This document shows positions 55,760 through 64,000 of a stretch of DNA of 64,000 nt, in pieces. The notes under the pieces were generated by a model that saw nothing but the letters and a program-made list of their open reading frames with translations, was not told where the DNA came from and ran no database searches. The position numbers and the translations under genes are program-made. The stretch's first letter is position 1; every line of letters begins with the position of its first letter. Source of the stretch: Escherichia phage HMD-P3; sequence record PQ462667.1; one strand, 5' to 3'.

Positions 55760-55785
55760 TGATTTTTATTAGCTGAACTCTGATT

Positions 55786-55812
55786 ACCGAGTCATTTTGG
55801 CTCGGTTTTCTC
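55786..55812 (+). terminator. rho-independent terminator
   Basis: ccgag-tcattttgg-ctcgg followed by ttttc. Confidence 0.6.
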
Positions 55813-55853
55813 TATGCTCAAGGACACTGATAGCACCTTTGGGAAAATTTTAC

Positions 55854-55882
55854 TTGCAGGATGCCCAAAATCTTGATATAAT
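55854..55882 (+). promoter_or_regulatory. T5-type promoter (TTGCAG-N17-TATAAT) heading a 650-nt leader
   Basis: ttgcaggatgcccaaaatcttgatataat. Confidence 0.5.
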
Positions 55883-56515
55883 ATTTATATTGAATTGAGA
55901 GACATTAGTAAAAATTGATTTTGCTAATTTTTCTTGTTTACAATCCGCGATACGGAACAGTTAGGCTGCCCCATTAAGGGTTGTTTTAACTGTTACGTGT
56001 TAGTTTTTAAACAAATAATTAATAGAATACTTAGCGATCTACATCCCGTAGGAACCCTGGTAAGGCCTCGAAGCAACCTAGTGTGAGGTGGTTGTGAAGT
56101 GAGACGGGAAGAGTGAAAAACTCTGAGAAGTGATGACGTAAGGTATACTGCATCTAGTATGAGCTAGTATATGAAGCATTAGGTGAGCAAATCTGGCTTA
56201 GCGGCCATCCTCAAGGATTTGTGCGGTATAGTGAAGCGGCAGTGTAGCGTGAAAGGGGAAGTTGCCACCCCCCTTCAGTATTTGCGATTAATTGTTGAGA
56301 AATTGACAGTAACAGTTGTTCTATTCTTTCTGAATAGTCCTAAAGAAAACTTATTTCATTTCCAACACAGGAGTATTGTTGTGTTCTCAATCCTACAAGG
56401 TCATGCAGGATTTCATCGCGATTTAGCCACAGGCAATTGGCGGGAAGTTAAAGCAGAAAACTATCTTTTTGCTAAAAGATTTTCCTCAAAGCATCCTGAA
56501 GGTAAACCAGCTTCA

Positions 56516-59170
56516 ATGCCCTTCAAGTTTGATGTAATTGATGAAGTTGATCCTCAAACCCTAGTAGAAATGCTCCCTCTTATGAGACGTTTAACGTCTG
56601 ACCCTCATATCGTTGCGGTACGAGGTCGATGTCTTGCACCTAAAAATAATGTGCGACGTAAGAAGGGCAACTTTAATGTATCTAACCCAAGTCATATAAT
56701 TGCAATGGACGTGGATGGTATTGTAGATACAGGTGGTTGTAACAAGTTTGATCTTGTTGGCATGGCTCGACATATTATTAGAATGTTAAATAGTATTAGT
56801 GAGGATATGTTTCCTCTTGATGCAGGGTTTATCGCTCATGCATCGTCTTCGGCTGGGCTAAAACCAGGTATCCGAATGCACTTAATACTAGAATCTAATG
56901 TTAAAGTAACTCAGGGTCAAATCAAATTCTTATTTACATCTATCAACGAAAGTAGTAGACAAAAGTATGGCTTTGATATTGCCGACTTAGCTTATTACTC
57001 TTCCGTACAGCTCCATTATTTTGCAGATCCGTTATTTACTGATGGTATAGTAGATCCGTTTAAAGCGGAGGGTGCTTCACGTCTGGTATTTGTTAAGGGT
57101 TCTAAGGTAAACTTACCCAATAATCTGGTTGATTATGAAACAACTAGAGGTGAGTTTAAAGAGGAGTTTTACTCTTTACTCGACCAAATTAAGGGTAAAA
57201 AAGCTGCCTCTGATAAAGTAGAGGAAACTATCAGCGAACTAGAAGAAGCTGAGGATGGAGTGTACCTACGTATCATACCTAAACTCTATCACAGAGCTTT
57301 AGAGGATGGTGTTGATTTTGCGTGGCTAGAAAAAGAAATCCGTCCAGCCTTATCAGAATATATTGCAACTAAAGATAATAGTCGTAATATTCAAGATTAC
57401 TTTAATAACGGTCGTAAACAGGCTCTGAAAGCGTTTGTTAATAATTCTAAACGCGATATACCTGATGTTTTAAAAGGTATTCCACTTAAAAAGCTAGAAA
57501 CTAATTCTTTAGAAACTGATAACTTCTTGAAATTAAATACTGTACCACCAGAAGGTTATATGACTTTTGTAAAAGCAAGTCTAGGTACAGGTAAAACTAC
57601 GGCGGTTGTGCGTTGGTTAGATTCAGGAGTTATTAAGGGTAATTTCTTAGCAATTACCAATACTCGAGCACTGGTATCTTCAAATGCTAAGAAATTTAGT
57701 GCAGGACAATATGATAAGTCTGTAGATATGCTTAATTTTAAGCGTGGCGCTATTGACCGTATGTCCACAACTATTCACTCTTTGCATAAGTTCAAGAGTT
57801 TTATTGGTCAAATCGATGCAATCTTTATCGATGAATGTGATGCTGTAATGAATGACCTATTATTCGCCCCGGTTGTTAAACAACGTCGTGAATGTATTCA
57901 GGTTCTTCGGGATATTCTTGCAACTGCAAAAATCATTATATTATCTGATGGGGATATTAGTGCTGAAACAATTGAAGCATATGGTTCTTTGATTGAGTTT
58001 GATAAACCGGTTGCATTTTATAATCACCACCGTAAGATGCTGTCAAAAGCTCATGCTTATGAATTCCCTGATGAATCCAGTATTTGGGTTGCACTTCAGA
58101 CTTCTCTAGAGATGGGTGAGAAGTCTATCCTAGTATCTGACTGTGGTCCAGATGAACTGAATGAGAAGGGTATGGCATTGCGTCGTAATACGGGTGCGTT
58201 AGTTAAGGAAATCCACTCAAACTCTACGTCTGATGTAGATATTCGACGTATTCTGGATTACACAACTAATGAGCTAATTGACCAACAAATTGATTGCTTA
58301 TTATGTAGTCCATCCGTAACGAGTGGTGTTGACTTTAACTATTTTGATAACGTATTCGTTATCACTAGAACCTCAAACCAAGCGCCAAACATGCGTTTTC
58401 AAGCAATCAGGCGCGACCGTGGCGCTCAGAACATTTATTATTTTATTGATAAATCTACGAGTGGATTCTCCGCAGGTTCTGAACAATATAACATTGATGA
58501 AGGTTGGCTGGAGTTAGCACAGCAATTATACGCACGTCGTAGGGAGCTGGAATCTAGGAACTATACTAGTACTTTACGTTATTACTTGCTTGATCAGGGT
58601 GCAACTATTGATATTTTCAGTGAAAGCTGGGGAACTATCGAAGGTGCAGGAAAAGAGTATACGGAAGAGCGAATCAAAGCTATTTTGTATTCAACTCCTG
58701 ATTATTGTGCTCCACGCCATGCAGATGCGTATGAGGCTAAACTACTTCTTGTTCGCTATTATCATCTTGAGTCTATTAAAGATGTAACAGTTGAGCACGT
58801 TGAACAATATATCAAGGATAAACCGAATGATCGAGCTGCATTCTTCCATAAGATGCACGAGATGTTCTGGGAAGATATTAAGAAGTGTTCAAATGTCACT
58901 ATCAAACCATTCATAGAAGCTCTGAAAGGTAAGAAGAAAGATTTCTTCCTTAAAACAGGTCAGAGTGCTAACCCAAAATATGCAAGAATGTATCTTGGTA
59001 TGATGGGTATTGGTAAGGATATGAACACTGAAAATATTGTAGACTGGTACAGAACCTATTGTAAAATCGAGTGTATGCCAATCCCGTATAAGTTTATGAC
59101 TGATGAGGAGAAACATATGCATGATGAAGCAATGGCAGAGCTAGGTGCTAGAAATGACAGTGAAGAATAA
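56516..59170 (+). CDS. large P-loop NTPase / helicase-like protein (putative replication initiator)
   Basis: Walker A ASLGTGKTT and Walker B IFIDECD; start moved to MPFKF because the first 111 codons of the track ORF lie in a C-poor leader; the true start is uncertain. Confidence 0.65.
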   Translation: MPFKFDVIDEVDPQTLVEMLPLMRRLTSDPHIVAVRGRCLAPKNNVRRKKGNFNVSNPSHIIAMDVDGIVDTGGCNKFDLVGMARHIIRMLNSISEDMFPLDAGFIAHASSSAGLKPGIRMHLILESNVKVTQGQIKFLFTSINESSRQKYGFDIADLAYYSSVQLHYFADPLFTDGIVDPFKAEGASRLVFVKGSKVNLPNNLVDYETTRGEFKEEFYSLLDQIKGKKAASDKVEETISELEEAEDGVYLRIIPKLYHRALEDGVDFAWLEKEIRPALSEYIATKDNSRNIQDYFNNGRKQALKAFVNNSKRDIPDVLKGIPLKKLETNSLETDNFLKLNTVPPEGYMTFVKASLGTGKTTAVVRWLDSGVIKGNFLAITNTRALVSSNAKKFSAGQYDKSVDMLNFKRGAIDRMSTTIHSLHKFKSFIGQIDAIFIDECDAVMNDLLFAPVVKQRRECIQVLRDILATAKIIILSDGDISAETIEAYGSLIEFDKPVAFYNHHRKMLSKAHAYEFPDESSIWVALQTSLEMGEKSILVSDCGPDELNEKGMALRRNTGALVKEIHSNSTSDVDIRRILDYTTNELIDQQIDCLLCSPSVTSGVDFNYFDNVFVITRTSNQAPNMRFQAIRRDRGAQNIYYFIDKSTSGFSAGSEQYNIDEGWLELAQQLYARRRELESRNYTSTLRYYLLDQGATIDIFSESWGTIEGAGKEYTEERIKAILYSTPDYCAPRHADAYEAKLLLVRYYHLESIKDVTVEHVEQYIKDKPNDRAAFFHKMHEMFWEDIKKCSNVTIKPFIEALKGKKKDFFLKTGQSANPKYARMYLGMMGIGKDMNTENIVDWYRTYCKIECMPIPYKFMTDEEKHMHDEAMAELGARNDSEE

Positions 59171-59387
59171 AAAATGGGAAACAAGGAAGTTCCCAGTAAA
59201 AGAACGTAAAGTTCCTGTTTACGACACTTCGGAAAAGCTATGTAGGGTGGTACCGCATAGATTAGTTGGCATCCCTAACATATCCGAGTGGTTACTTAAA
59301 CAACGGAAAACAAACGTGTCTCTTCGCATCGGCTTTGAGTTAGATAAAGTCTATGCTGAACTTGCTTCTTTGCTCAAGGAATCGTAA
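59145..59387 (+). CDS. hypothetical protein
   Basis: 80-aa ORF. Confidence 0.4.
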   Translation: MLEMTVKNKKWETRKFPVKERKVPVYDTSEKLCRVVPHRLVGIPNISEWLLKQRKTNVSLRIGFELDKVYAELASLLKES

Positions 59388-59395
59388 AAATTTAT

Positions 59396-59424
59396 TTGCT
59401 TTCAGGAAAATTTTTCTGTATAAT
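59396..59424 (+). promoter_or_regulatory. T5-type promoter (TTGCTT-N17-TATAAT) with conserved leader
   Basis: ttgctttcaggaaaatttttctgtataat, then agatttataaatttgagagaggag. Confidence 0.6.
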
Positions 59425-59455
59425 AGATTTATAAATTTGAGAGAGGAGTTTAAAT

Positions 59456-60160
59456 ATGGCTGGTTCTCGTAGAAAGAAACACATTCATGAAATCCCGGAT
59501 GAAGTCTTTAAAAAGGTTATAGAGCATCTGGAGAACGGTGGTACTAAGAAAGCAGCATGTGAAATGCTCGGCGTATCGTCCAATCCAACTATGGAAAGGA
59601 TGATTGAAGAATGGCAAGACCGCCAGATCCAAGTTGCCGAAATGAAGAAAAAGAAACGTGGCACACTTATTGAAGGCATCGAGTTAGCTAACGTTATTGA
59701 GCAGTATTTATCTGGTGATTCTTTTGAAGAAATTGCCGATCGTAATTATCGCTCTGTAGCAATGGTTAAATCTGTTCTGGAACGATACGGTGCTCTACTT
59801 CGTTTGAATGATATTGTAGATCCATTGAATCCTCCGATTATTCCTGATGATGCTGTAGCAGAAGAATTTGCAGTTGGTGAACTTGTTTGGGTTCCTGGAT
59901 ACCAGTGTATCGGTGAAATCAAAAAAGCAATGGATAATCCTGTTGGTTGCTACCGTGTATGGCTTCTATCAGAAGGCAAACAACAGAACGTCCATTATAT
60001 GAATTACGAGCTGGCTTCTGTTAAACATCTGGAAAAGTTAGGGGTAGACGTAAAATCTCTGGGGTATAAATGGACTCGTGAAGAAATTATTACGTTGATT
60101 AACGAAGCTGTTAAGGCTGCCCTGAAACTTGATAAAGAAAAAGGAAAACGCCGTGAGTAA
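59456..60160 (+). CDS. putative DNA-binding protein (helix-turn-helix-like N-terminus)
   Basis: GGTKKAACEMLGVSSNPTMERMI resembles an HTH. Confidence 0.5.
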   Translation: MAGSRRKKHIHEIPDEVFKKVIEHLENGGTKKAACEMLGVSSNPTMERMIEEWQDRQIQVAEMKKKKRGTLIEGIELANVIEQYLSGDSFEEIADRNYRSVAMVKSVLERYGALLRLNDIVDPLNPPIIPDDAVAEEFAVGELVWVPGYQCIGEIKKAMDNPVGCYRVWLLSEGKQQNVHYMNYELASVKHLEKLGVDVKSLGYKWTREEIITLINEAVKAALKLDKEKGKRRE

Positions 60161-60383
60161 ACTAACAGATTTGCTTAAAGATGGAGATGTAAAATATCTC
60201 CAGCGTGATAGTTGGGAAAATAATAAATACTTTACAGTGGTTTTAGAATTTAACGTAGGGCAGGGTACAGTGACCGAACATGTGTGGGAGAACGGTATGG
60301 AATCCCCACTTATCCGTCAAGTAAACCTTACCCTAGACGAGGCTCTGGCCGACGATTGGGAGATCATTGAGCTAGATGTGTAG
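60129..60383 (+). CDS. hypothetical protein
   Basis: 84-aa ORF. Confidence 0.45.
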   Translation: MIKKKENAVSKLTDLLKDGDVKYLQRDSWENNKYFTVVLEFNVGQGTVTEHVWENGMESPLIRQVNLTLDEALADDWEIIELDV

Positions 60384-60489
60384 CAATTACAGAAAAATTT
60401 CAGTTGCTTAATCCTATAATTCTTGATATAATATTCTCATAGTTTGAAAGAACTATTCTGTTTAATTCTTAATTAAGGAAATATAAAAT

Positions 60490-60900
60490 ATGACTACTCC
60501 AACTCAGTGGACTGATGAACTGTTCGAAAAAATGTCTTCCGAATACGTTGCTCGTATGGAGCAATTCCCAGAGGATGAACGTCCGGGTGTTAGCATGGAA
60601 ATTGTTAGCGAAATTGCCCAGGAAAATGGTGTAACTCCGAACGGTTTTCGTATGAAGCTGACTAAAGCAGGTTTGTATATCAAGAAAGCTGCTGGCTCTG
60701 CTTCTAAATCTAGCGCATCTACTGGAGAAAAAGCTTCTGGTGGTTCTCGTACTTCCAAAGCCCAGGCGCATGCAGATCTTCGTTCAGCGTTCTCTGATGC
60801 TGGCCTAGCACCAGATTTTCTGGATGATGCAATTATCGACAAACTGACCGGTAAAGCGGCTGCTCATCTGGCAGAAGCAATCCGAGCTATCACTAAGTAA
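60490..60900 (+). CDS. hypothetical protein
   Basis: 136-aa ORF; promoter ttgctt...tataat at about 60404-60432; E. coli-like codon usage. Confidence 0.55.
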   Translation: MTTPTQWTDELFEKMSSEYVARMEQFPEDERPGVSMEIVSEIAQENGVTPNGFRMKLTKAGLYIKKAAGSASKSSASTGEKASGGSRTSKAQAHADLRSAFSDAGLAPDFLDDAIIDKLTGKAAAHLAEAIRAITK

Positions 60901-60936
60901 TTTTTAGATAAATCCACCAACAAAAGGAACACAGTT

Positions 60937-61233
60937 ATGACCAAAGCTGAAATTATCGCACAATGTGAAAAATTTGGTGAGTTTTATCTTCATTACGAGA
61001 AACTTCGTCAGAAAGGAACCACGTACCTTCAGGGTACGATGGAATTTGATCCAGCCCAAGATAAATATCTGGCTGAGCGTATTAAACGTGAACGTATTCG
61101 TAAAGCGAAAGATGATGAAATCCTTGTCTTCTCTCGTACTAATGATAGCTTCCGTTTTATTCCTGTCGAGAAAGTCCGTCGTGTGACTAGCCTCCAATCA
61201 GAGTTAGATCGTGCTTCTCCAGTAGGCCGATAA
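60937..61233 (+). CDS. hypothetical protein
   Basis: 98-aa ORF; RBS aaaaggaaca. Confidence 0.5.
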   Translation: MTKAEIIAQCEKFGEFYLHYEKLRQKGTTYLQGTMEFDPAQDKYLAERIKRERIRKAKDDEILVFSRTNDSFRFIPVEKVRRVTSLQSELDRASPVGR

Positions 61234-61243
61234 GAAACCAATT

Positions 61244-61266
61244 AGCCCCTATATGGGGCTTTTTGT
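61244..61266 (+). terminator. rho-independent terminator
   Basis: agcccc-tatat-ggggct followed by ttttt. Confidence 0.65.
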
Positions 61267-61283
61267 GTATTTGGGATATGTAA

Positions 61284-61592
61284 ATGAGCGAACAGGTAAA
61301 TCAAAACTATGAAGGACACGTTGATGACCAGTCCATCATACTTTGGGAGAAGGAGGGAGAACAAGTAAGATTAACAGTATCTGAATTTCGTGGGAATCTA
61401 TACATGGGTATTCGTTACTGGCTTCTTGATATTAATGATGAATGGTTTCCAACGAAATCTGGCTTCTCTTTTCCTTACACCCTAGAAACAACATCACAGC
61501 TTTTCTATGCGTTTACACAGATTCTTAGCGAATCTGAGGTTTTACATGAAGTACAGAAACGAGCTGAAGAACTCAAAGCCAAGAATGCCTAG
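61284..61592 (+). CDS. hypothetical protein
   Basis: 102-aa ORF; terminator hairpin gccaagaa-tgcctag-ttcttggc-ttttt overlaps the stop. Confidence 0.5.
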   Translation: MSEQVNQNYEGHVDDQSIILWEKEGEQVRLTVSEFRGNLYMGIRYWLLDINDEWFPTKSGFSFPYTLETTSQLFYAFTQILSESEVLHEVQKRAEELKAKNA

Positions 61593-61619
61593 TTCTTGGC
61601 TTTTTCTTTATAAATGTAT

Positions 61620-61648
61620 TTGCTTTCAACTCAGTTTTGTTATATAAT
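61620..61648 (+). promoter_or_regulatory. T5-type promoter (TTGCTT-N17-TATAAT) with conserved leader
   Basis: ttgctttcaactcagttttgttatataat, then atttatataaattgatgagaggatc. Confidence 0.6.
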
Positions 61649-61659
61649 ATTTATATAAA

Positions 61660-61866
61660 TTGATGAGAGGATCAATTATGAACATAACACTTCCAAAAAT
61701 TCAAGCAAAGTTAAACCTAGTATCAACTGCTAGAAATAACTATCTAGATAACTTTGGTGGAATCAACGATAAAGCGTACAAAGATGCGTGGTTGAAAGAA
61801 GCGCAAGAGTTAGCCGATCTCACTACTCAGTATAGTAAAGAACTACAGGTAGAAATGAATGACTAA
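61660..61866 (+). CDS. hypothetical protein
   Basis: 68-aa ORF behind the promoter/leader module. Confidence 0.5.
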   Translation: MMRGSIMNITLPKIQAKLNLVSTARNNYLDNFGGINDKAYKDAWLKEAQELADLTTQYSKELQVEMND

Positions 61867-62830
61867 TGTAAAAGACTTTATTAAACGTTGTCAAGAAGCA
61901 TATTACCAGGGAATGTCTTTAATCTCTGACGAAGAATATGATCGTCTGATTAAAAGATTTCCGTTAGAAGAAGAGATCGGGCCTAAGGGTGATATTCCAC
62001 ATCTGTATCGTATGTATTCTTTACAGAAAGTTTATTATAATCGTGGAGATAAACCTCCGTTTAACCCATTAGGTCAGGTAGAAACTGATAAGTTAGATGG
62101 TTGTGCGATTTCTCTGTTATATATTAATGGCGAATTTGTTCAAGCACTAACTCGTGGTAATGGTATTCTAGGGAACGATGTCACAAGCAACGTAAGATTG
62201 CTGAACATTCCTAAAAAGATTTCCCAAAAAGTACCTACTCAAATCACTGGTGAAGTTCTAATTACAAAAGAAGTAGAAAATAAACGTAACTTTGCCTCTG
62301 GTGCTATTAACCTCAAAGATAGTGATGATTTCGTACAGCGTATCGGAGAAGGTGGTTTAATCTTCGTTGCATACGGTATCCAGTGTTCTGGTGAATCTGT
62401 AGGTATTACAGAAACGTATTTAAAAGATATGCTTTGGCTAGAGAATGAGAACTTCTTAACAGTTGTTAATGTGCGTTCCTTCTTTAAGTGGATTCCAACG
62501 GATGGTAAAGTTGTTCGTATTAATGACAACAACAAATTCTTCCGAGAAGGCTGGACTAATAAATTTCCTCGTGGAGCATTCGCTATTAAAGAGGATGAAG
62601 AAGGTGAGATTACTACTCTTACTAAAGTTGAATGGCAGGTAGGGGCTTCTGGTAAAGTAACTCCAGTTGGTTATTTCGAACCGGTAATTATTGATGATGC
62701 TACAATTGTTAAGGCGACTCTTAATAACGTTGATTATATTAACTCTCTCGATCTAGAGATCGGTTGCCAGATTCGAGTAATTCGTGCTGGTGGTGTAATC
62801 CCGTGCATAGTAGAGCGAGTATACGATTAA
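61859..62830 (+). CDS. ligA: NAD-dependent DNA ligase, adenylation-domain subunit
   Basis: KxDG adenylation motif in ETDKLDGCAISLLY. Confidence 0.8.
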   Translation: MTNVKDFIKRCQEAYYQGMSLISDEEYDRLIKRFPLEEEIGPKGDIPHLYRMYSLQKVYYNRGDKPPFNPLGQVETDKLDGCAISLLYINGEFVQALTRGNGILGNDVTSNVRLLNIPKKISQKVPTQITGEVLITKEVENKRNFASGAINLKDSDDFVQRIGEGGLIFVAYGIQCSGESVGITETYLKDMLWLENENFLTVVNVRSFFKWIPTDGKVVRINDNNKFFREGWTNKFPRGAFAIKEDEEGEITTLTKVEWQVGASGKVTPVGYFEPVIIDDATIVKATLNNVDYINSLDLEIGCQIRVIRAGGVIPCIVERVYD

Positions 62831-62973
62831 TACATAACCCTTTGCTACCCATCTACCATATCGGAATTATAAAGTGGTTATTGACATTTTCGCCGCTTAG
62901 GTATATACTATTATCATTCAGTTGAGGGATAGAAAGTTATGGCGAGGGTAAGCAAAGTTAGTTAAAATTGTAG

Positions 62974-63002
62974 TTGCTAAATGCTTAAATACTTGCTATA
63001 AT
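62974..63002 (+). promoter_or_regulatory. T5-type promoter (TTGCTA-N17-TATAAT) for ligB
   Basis: ttgctaaatgcttaaatacttgctataat, then atttatataaattgataaggaag; a second TTGACA-N17-TATACT lies at about 62880-62908. Confidence 0.55.
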
Positions 63003-63029
63003 ATTTATATAAATTGATAAGGAAGAAAT

Positions 63030-63812
63030 TTGATGAAAATCGAAATTCCAATACAATGTCCCTCTTGTGGTTCTAAGCTAGATCTTGTCAACGGACAATT
63101 ATTCTGTCGGAATAAGTCCAACTGTCCAGCGCAATCAAGTAAGTTAATTGAGAACTTCTGTACAAAAATGAAGTTAAAGGGCTTTGGCCCAAAAACTATT
63201 GAGAAGCTGGAGCTGACGAAGATTTCAGAACTATTCTACCTAACCGAAGAAGATTTGGTTAGAGCCGTGGGTAGCAAGGTTGCCGCTAAATTAATTAGCG
63301 AATTAAATACTAAAGTTCGCGGAGACATTGACTTTGGTTCAGTTCTCGGTTCTTTAGGAATCCCTCTAATTGGAGAGGTTGCAGCAAAGAAATTATCCCA
63401 AAATTGCACTAGCTTCCACGATGTGAAGGCTGACGGCAAGGCTGGAGAAAACTATAAAACCTGGCTAAATTCCCCACAAGGCAAGGATGTTATTGAATTA
63501 CCGTGGAAATTCTCAACTGGTATCAGAGGTGCAAAAGCTAATATTATCATTACAGATGAATTAGTTGCCCAGCCAAACGGAATCGCGGTATGTATTACCG
63601 GATCTTTGCAAGATTTTGCAAATCGAACGGATGCAACAAACTATTTAGAAAGTCTAGGATATACGGTTAAGAAATCCGTTACCAAAGACGTCAAATACCT
63701 AATCTGTGAGGATGAATCAAAACGTTCTTCCTCATCTTATAAGAAAGCCGAAACGAATGGGATAGAAATCCTGTCGATTAAAGAACTATTGGAGAAAAAT
63801 AATAATGTCTAA
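63030..63812 (+). CDS. ligB: NAD-dependent DNA ligase, C-terminal subunit (Zn finger / HhH / BRCT-like)
   Basis: CPSCGSKL...C...C zinc finger at the N-terminus; separate ORF from ligA. Confidence 0.75.
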   Translation: MMKIEIPIQCPSCGSKLDLVNGQLFCRNKSNCPAQSSKLIENFCTKMKLKGFGPKTIEKLELTKISELFYLTEEDLVRAVGSKVAAKLISELNTKVRGDIDFGSVLGSLGIPLIGEVAAKKLSQNCTSFHDVKADGKAGENYKTWLNSPQGKDVIELPWKFSTGIRGAKANIIITDELVAQPNGIAVCITGSLQDFANRTDATNYLESLGYTVKKSVTKDVKYLICEDESKRSSSSYKKAETNGIEILSIKELLEKNNNV

Positions 63813-64000
63813 ACTGAACTGGAACGTAGAAGGTGTAACCGAGTCTCTGAAAGCAAAAGCCACTGCTCTGGGTGTTGCTGTAATCTCTCAAGAACAAGTA
63901 GCTGCTATCGCTGCTGAACTGGCTGCTGAAACTGGCAAAGACGTTACAGCTCGCTCTGTCGGCTCTAAACTGCGTAAAGAAGGTTTTGAAGTACAGAAAG
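63806..64000 (+). CDS. hypothetical protein, partial (runs off the window end)
   Basis: ATG overlapping the ligB stop (aataATGtctaa); open to the window end; E. coli-like codon usage. Confidence 0.5.

Noticed and set aside
56183-56515. N-terminal 111 codons of track ORF 56183..59170
   Set aside because: The translation is low-complexity and derives from a C-poor noncoding leader; the real coding region most likely begins near 56516. The exact start stays uncertain.
36311-63439. Antisense or nested ORFs inside long genes (e.g. 36311..36820, 40030..40743, 47073..47363, 47700..47966, 48557..48847, 51769..51981, 53966..54178, 55390..55701, 56591..56773, 57556..57768, 58889..59122, 60469..60842, 60904..61241, 62239..62535, 63236..63439)
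   Set aside because: They sit opposite well-supported coding genes (nrdA, nrdD, ligase, SPFH, NTPase and others) without independent start signals; typical shadow ORFs.

Overview
This window reads as the early-gene region of a T5-like (Demerecviridae-type) virulent coliphage; the assignment rests on recognisable T5-type proteins (M15 endolysin, dNMP kinase, split NAD-dependent ligase, T5orf172 proteins), a dense tRNA cluster and a reiterated early promoter/leader module, and was made by reading only, without any database search. Layout: (i) 1-5.6 kb, small genes separated by an ORF-free stretch with DnaA-box 9-mers and 28-bp tandem repeats; (ii) 5.6-7.35 kb, a 1.7-kb ORF-free repeat locus (palindromic AAATGAGAAT family, GC hairpin, nine same-strand copies of TGTGCAAATCCGACA, a C-depleted purine tract, more DnaA boxes), a candidate injection-stop or origin-like element; (iii) 7.35-24.7 kb, leftward genes (two paralogous HNH-like endonucleases, two phosphatases, endolysin and holin, ClpP-like protease, dNMP kinase, spanin pair, GrcA-like glycyl-radical protein); (iv) 24.7-38 kb, minus-strand tRNA cluster (about 24 tRNAs plus non-canonical tRNA-like elements) interleaved with small ORFs, two T5orf172/GIY-YIG genes, a Toprim protein, an SPFH protein and an opposite-strand three-gene island; (v) 38-50.5 kb, leftward genes including rnh, thyA, DHFR, nrdB, nrdA and phoH; (vi) 50.9-64 kb, rightward genes (nrdD, Sir2-like, HAD-like, tandem paralogs, a large Walker A/B NTPase behind a 650-nt leader, split ligase). 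A 70-nt Illumina adapter with a 40-bp flanking duplication sits at 7536-7605 and is an assembly artefact. The best candidates for undescribed biology are the repeat locus at 5.6-7.1 kb and the plus-strand island at 34.4-36.2 kb. tRNA anticodons were read by hand, and non-ORF coordinates are approximate (about +/-3 nt).
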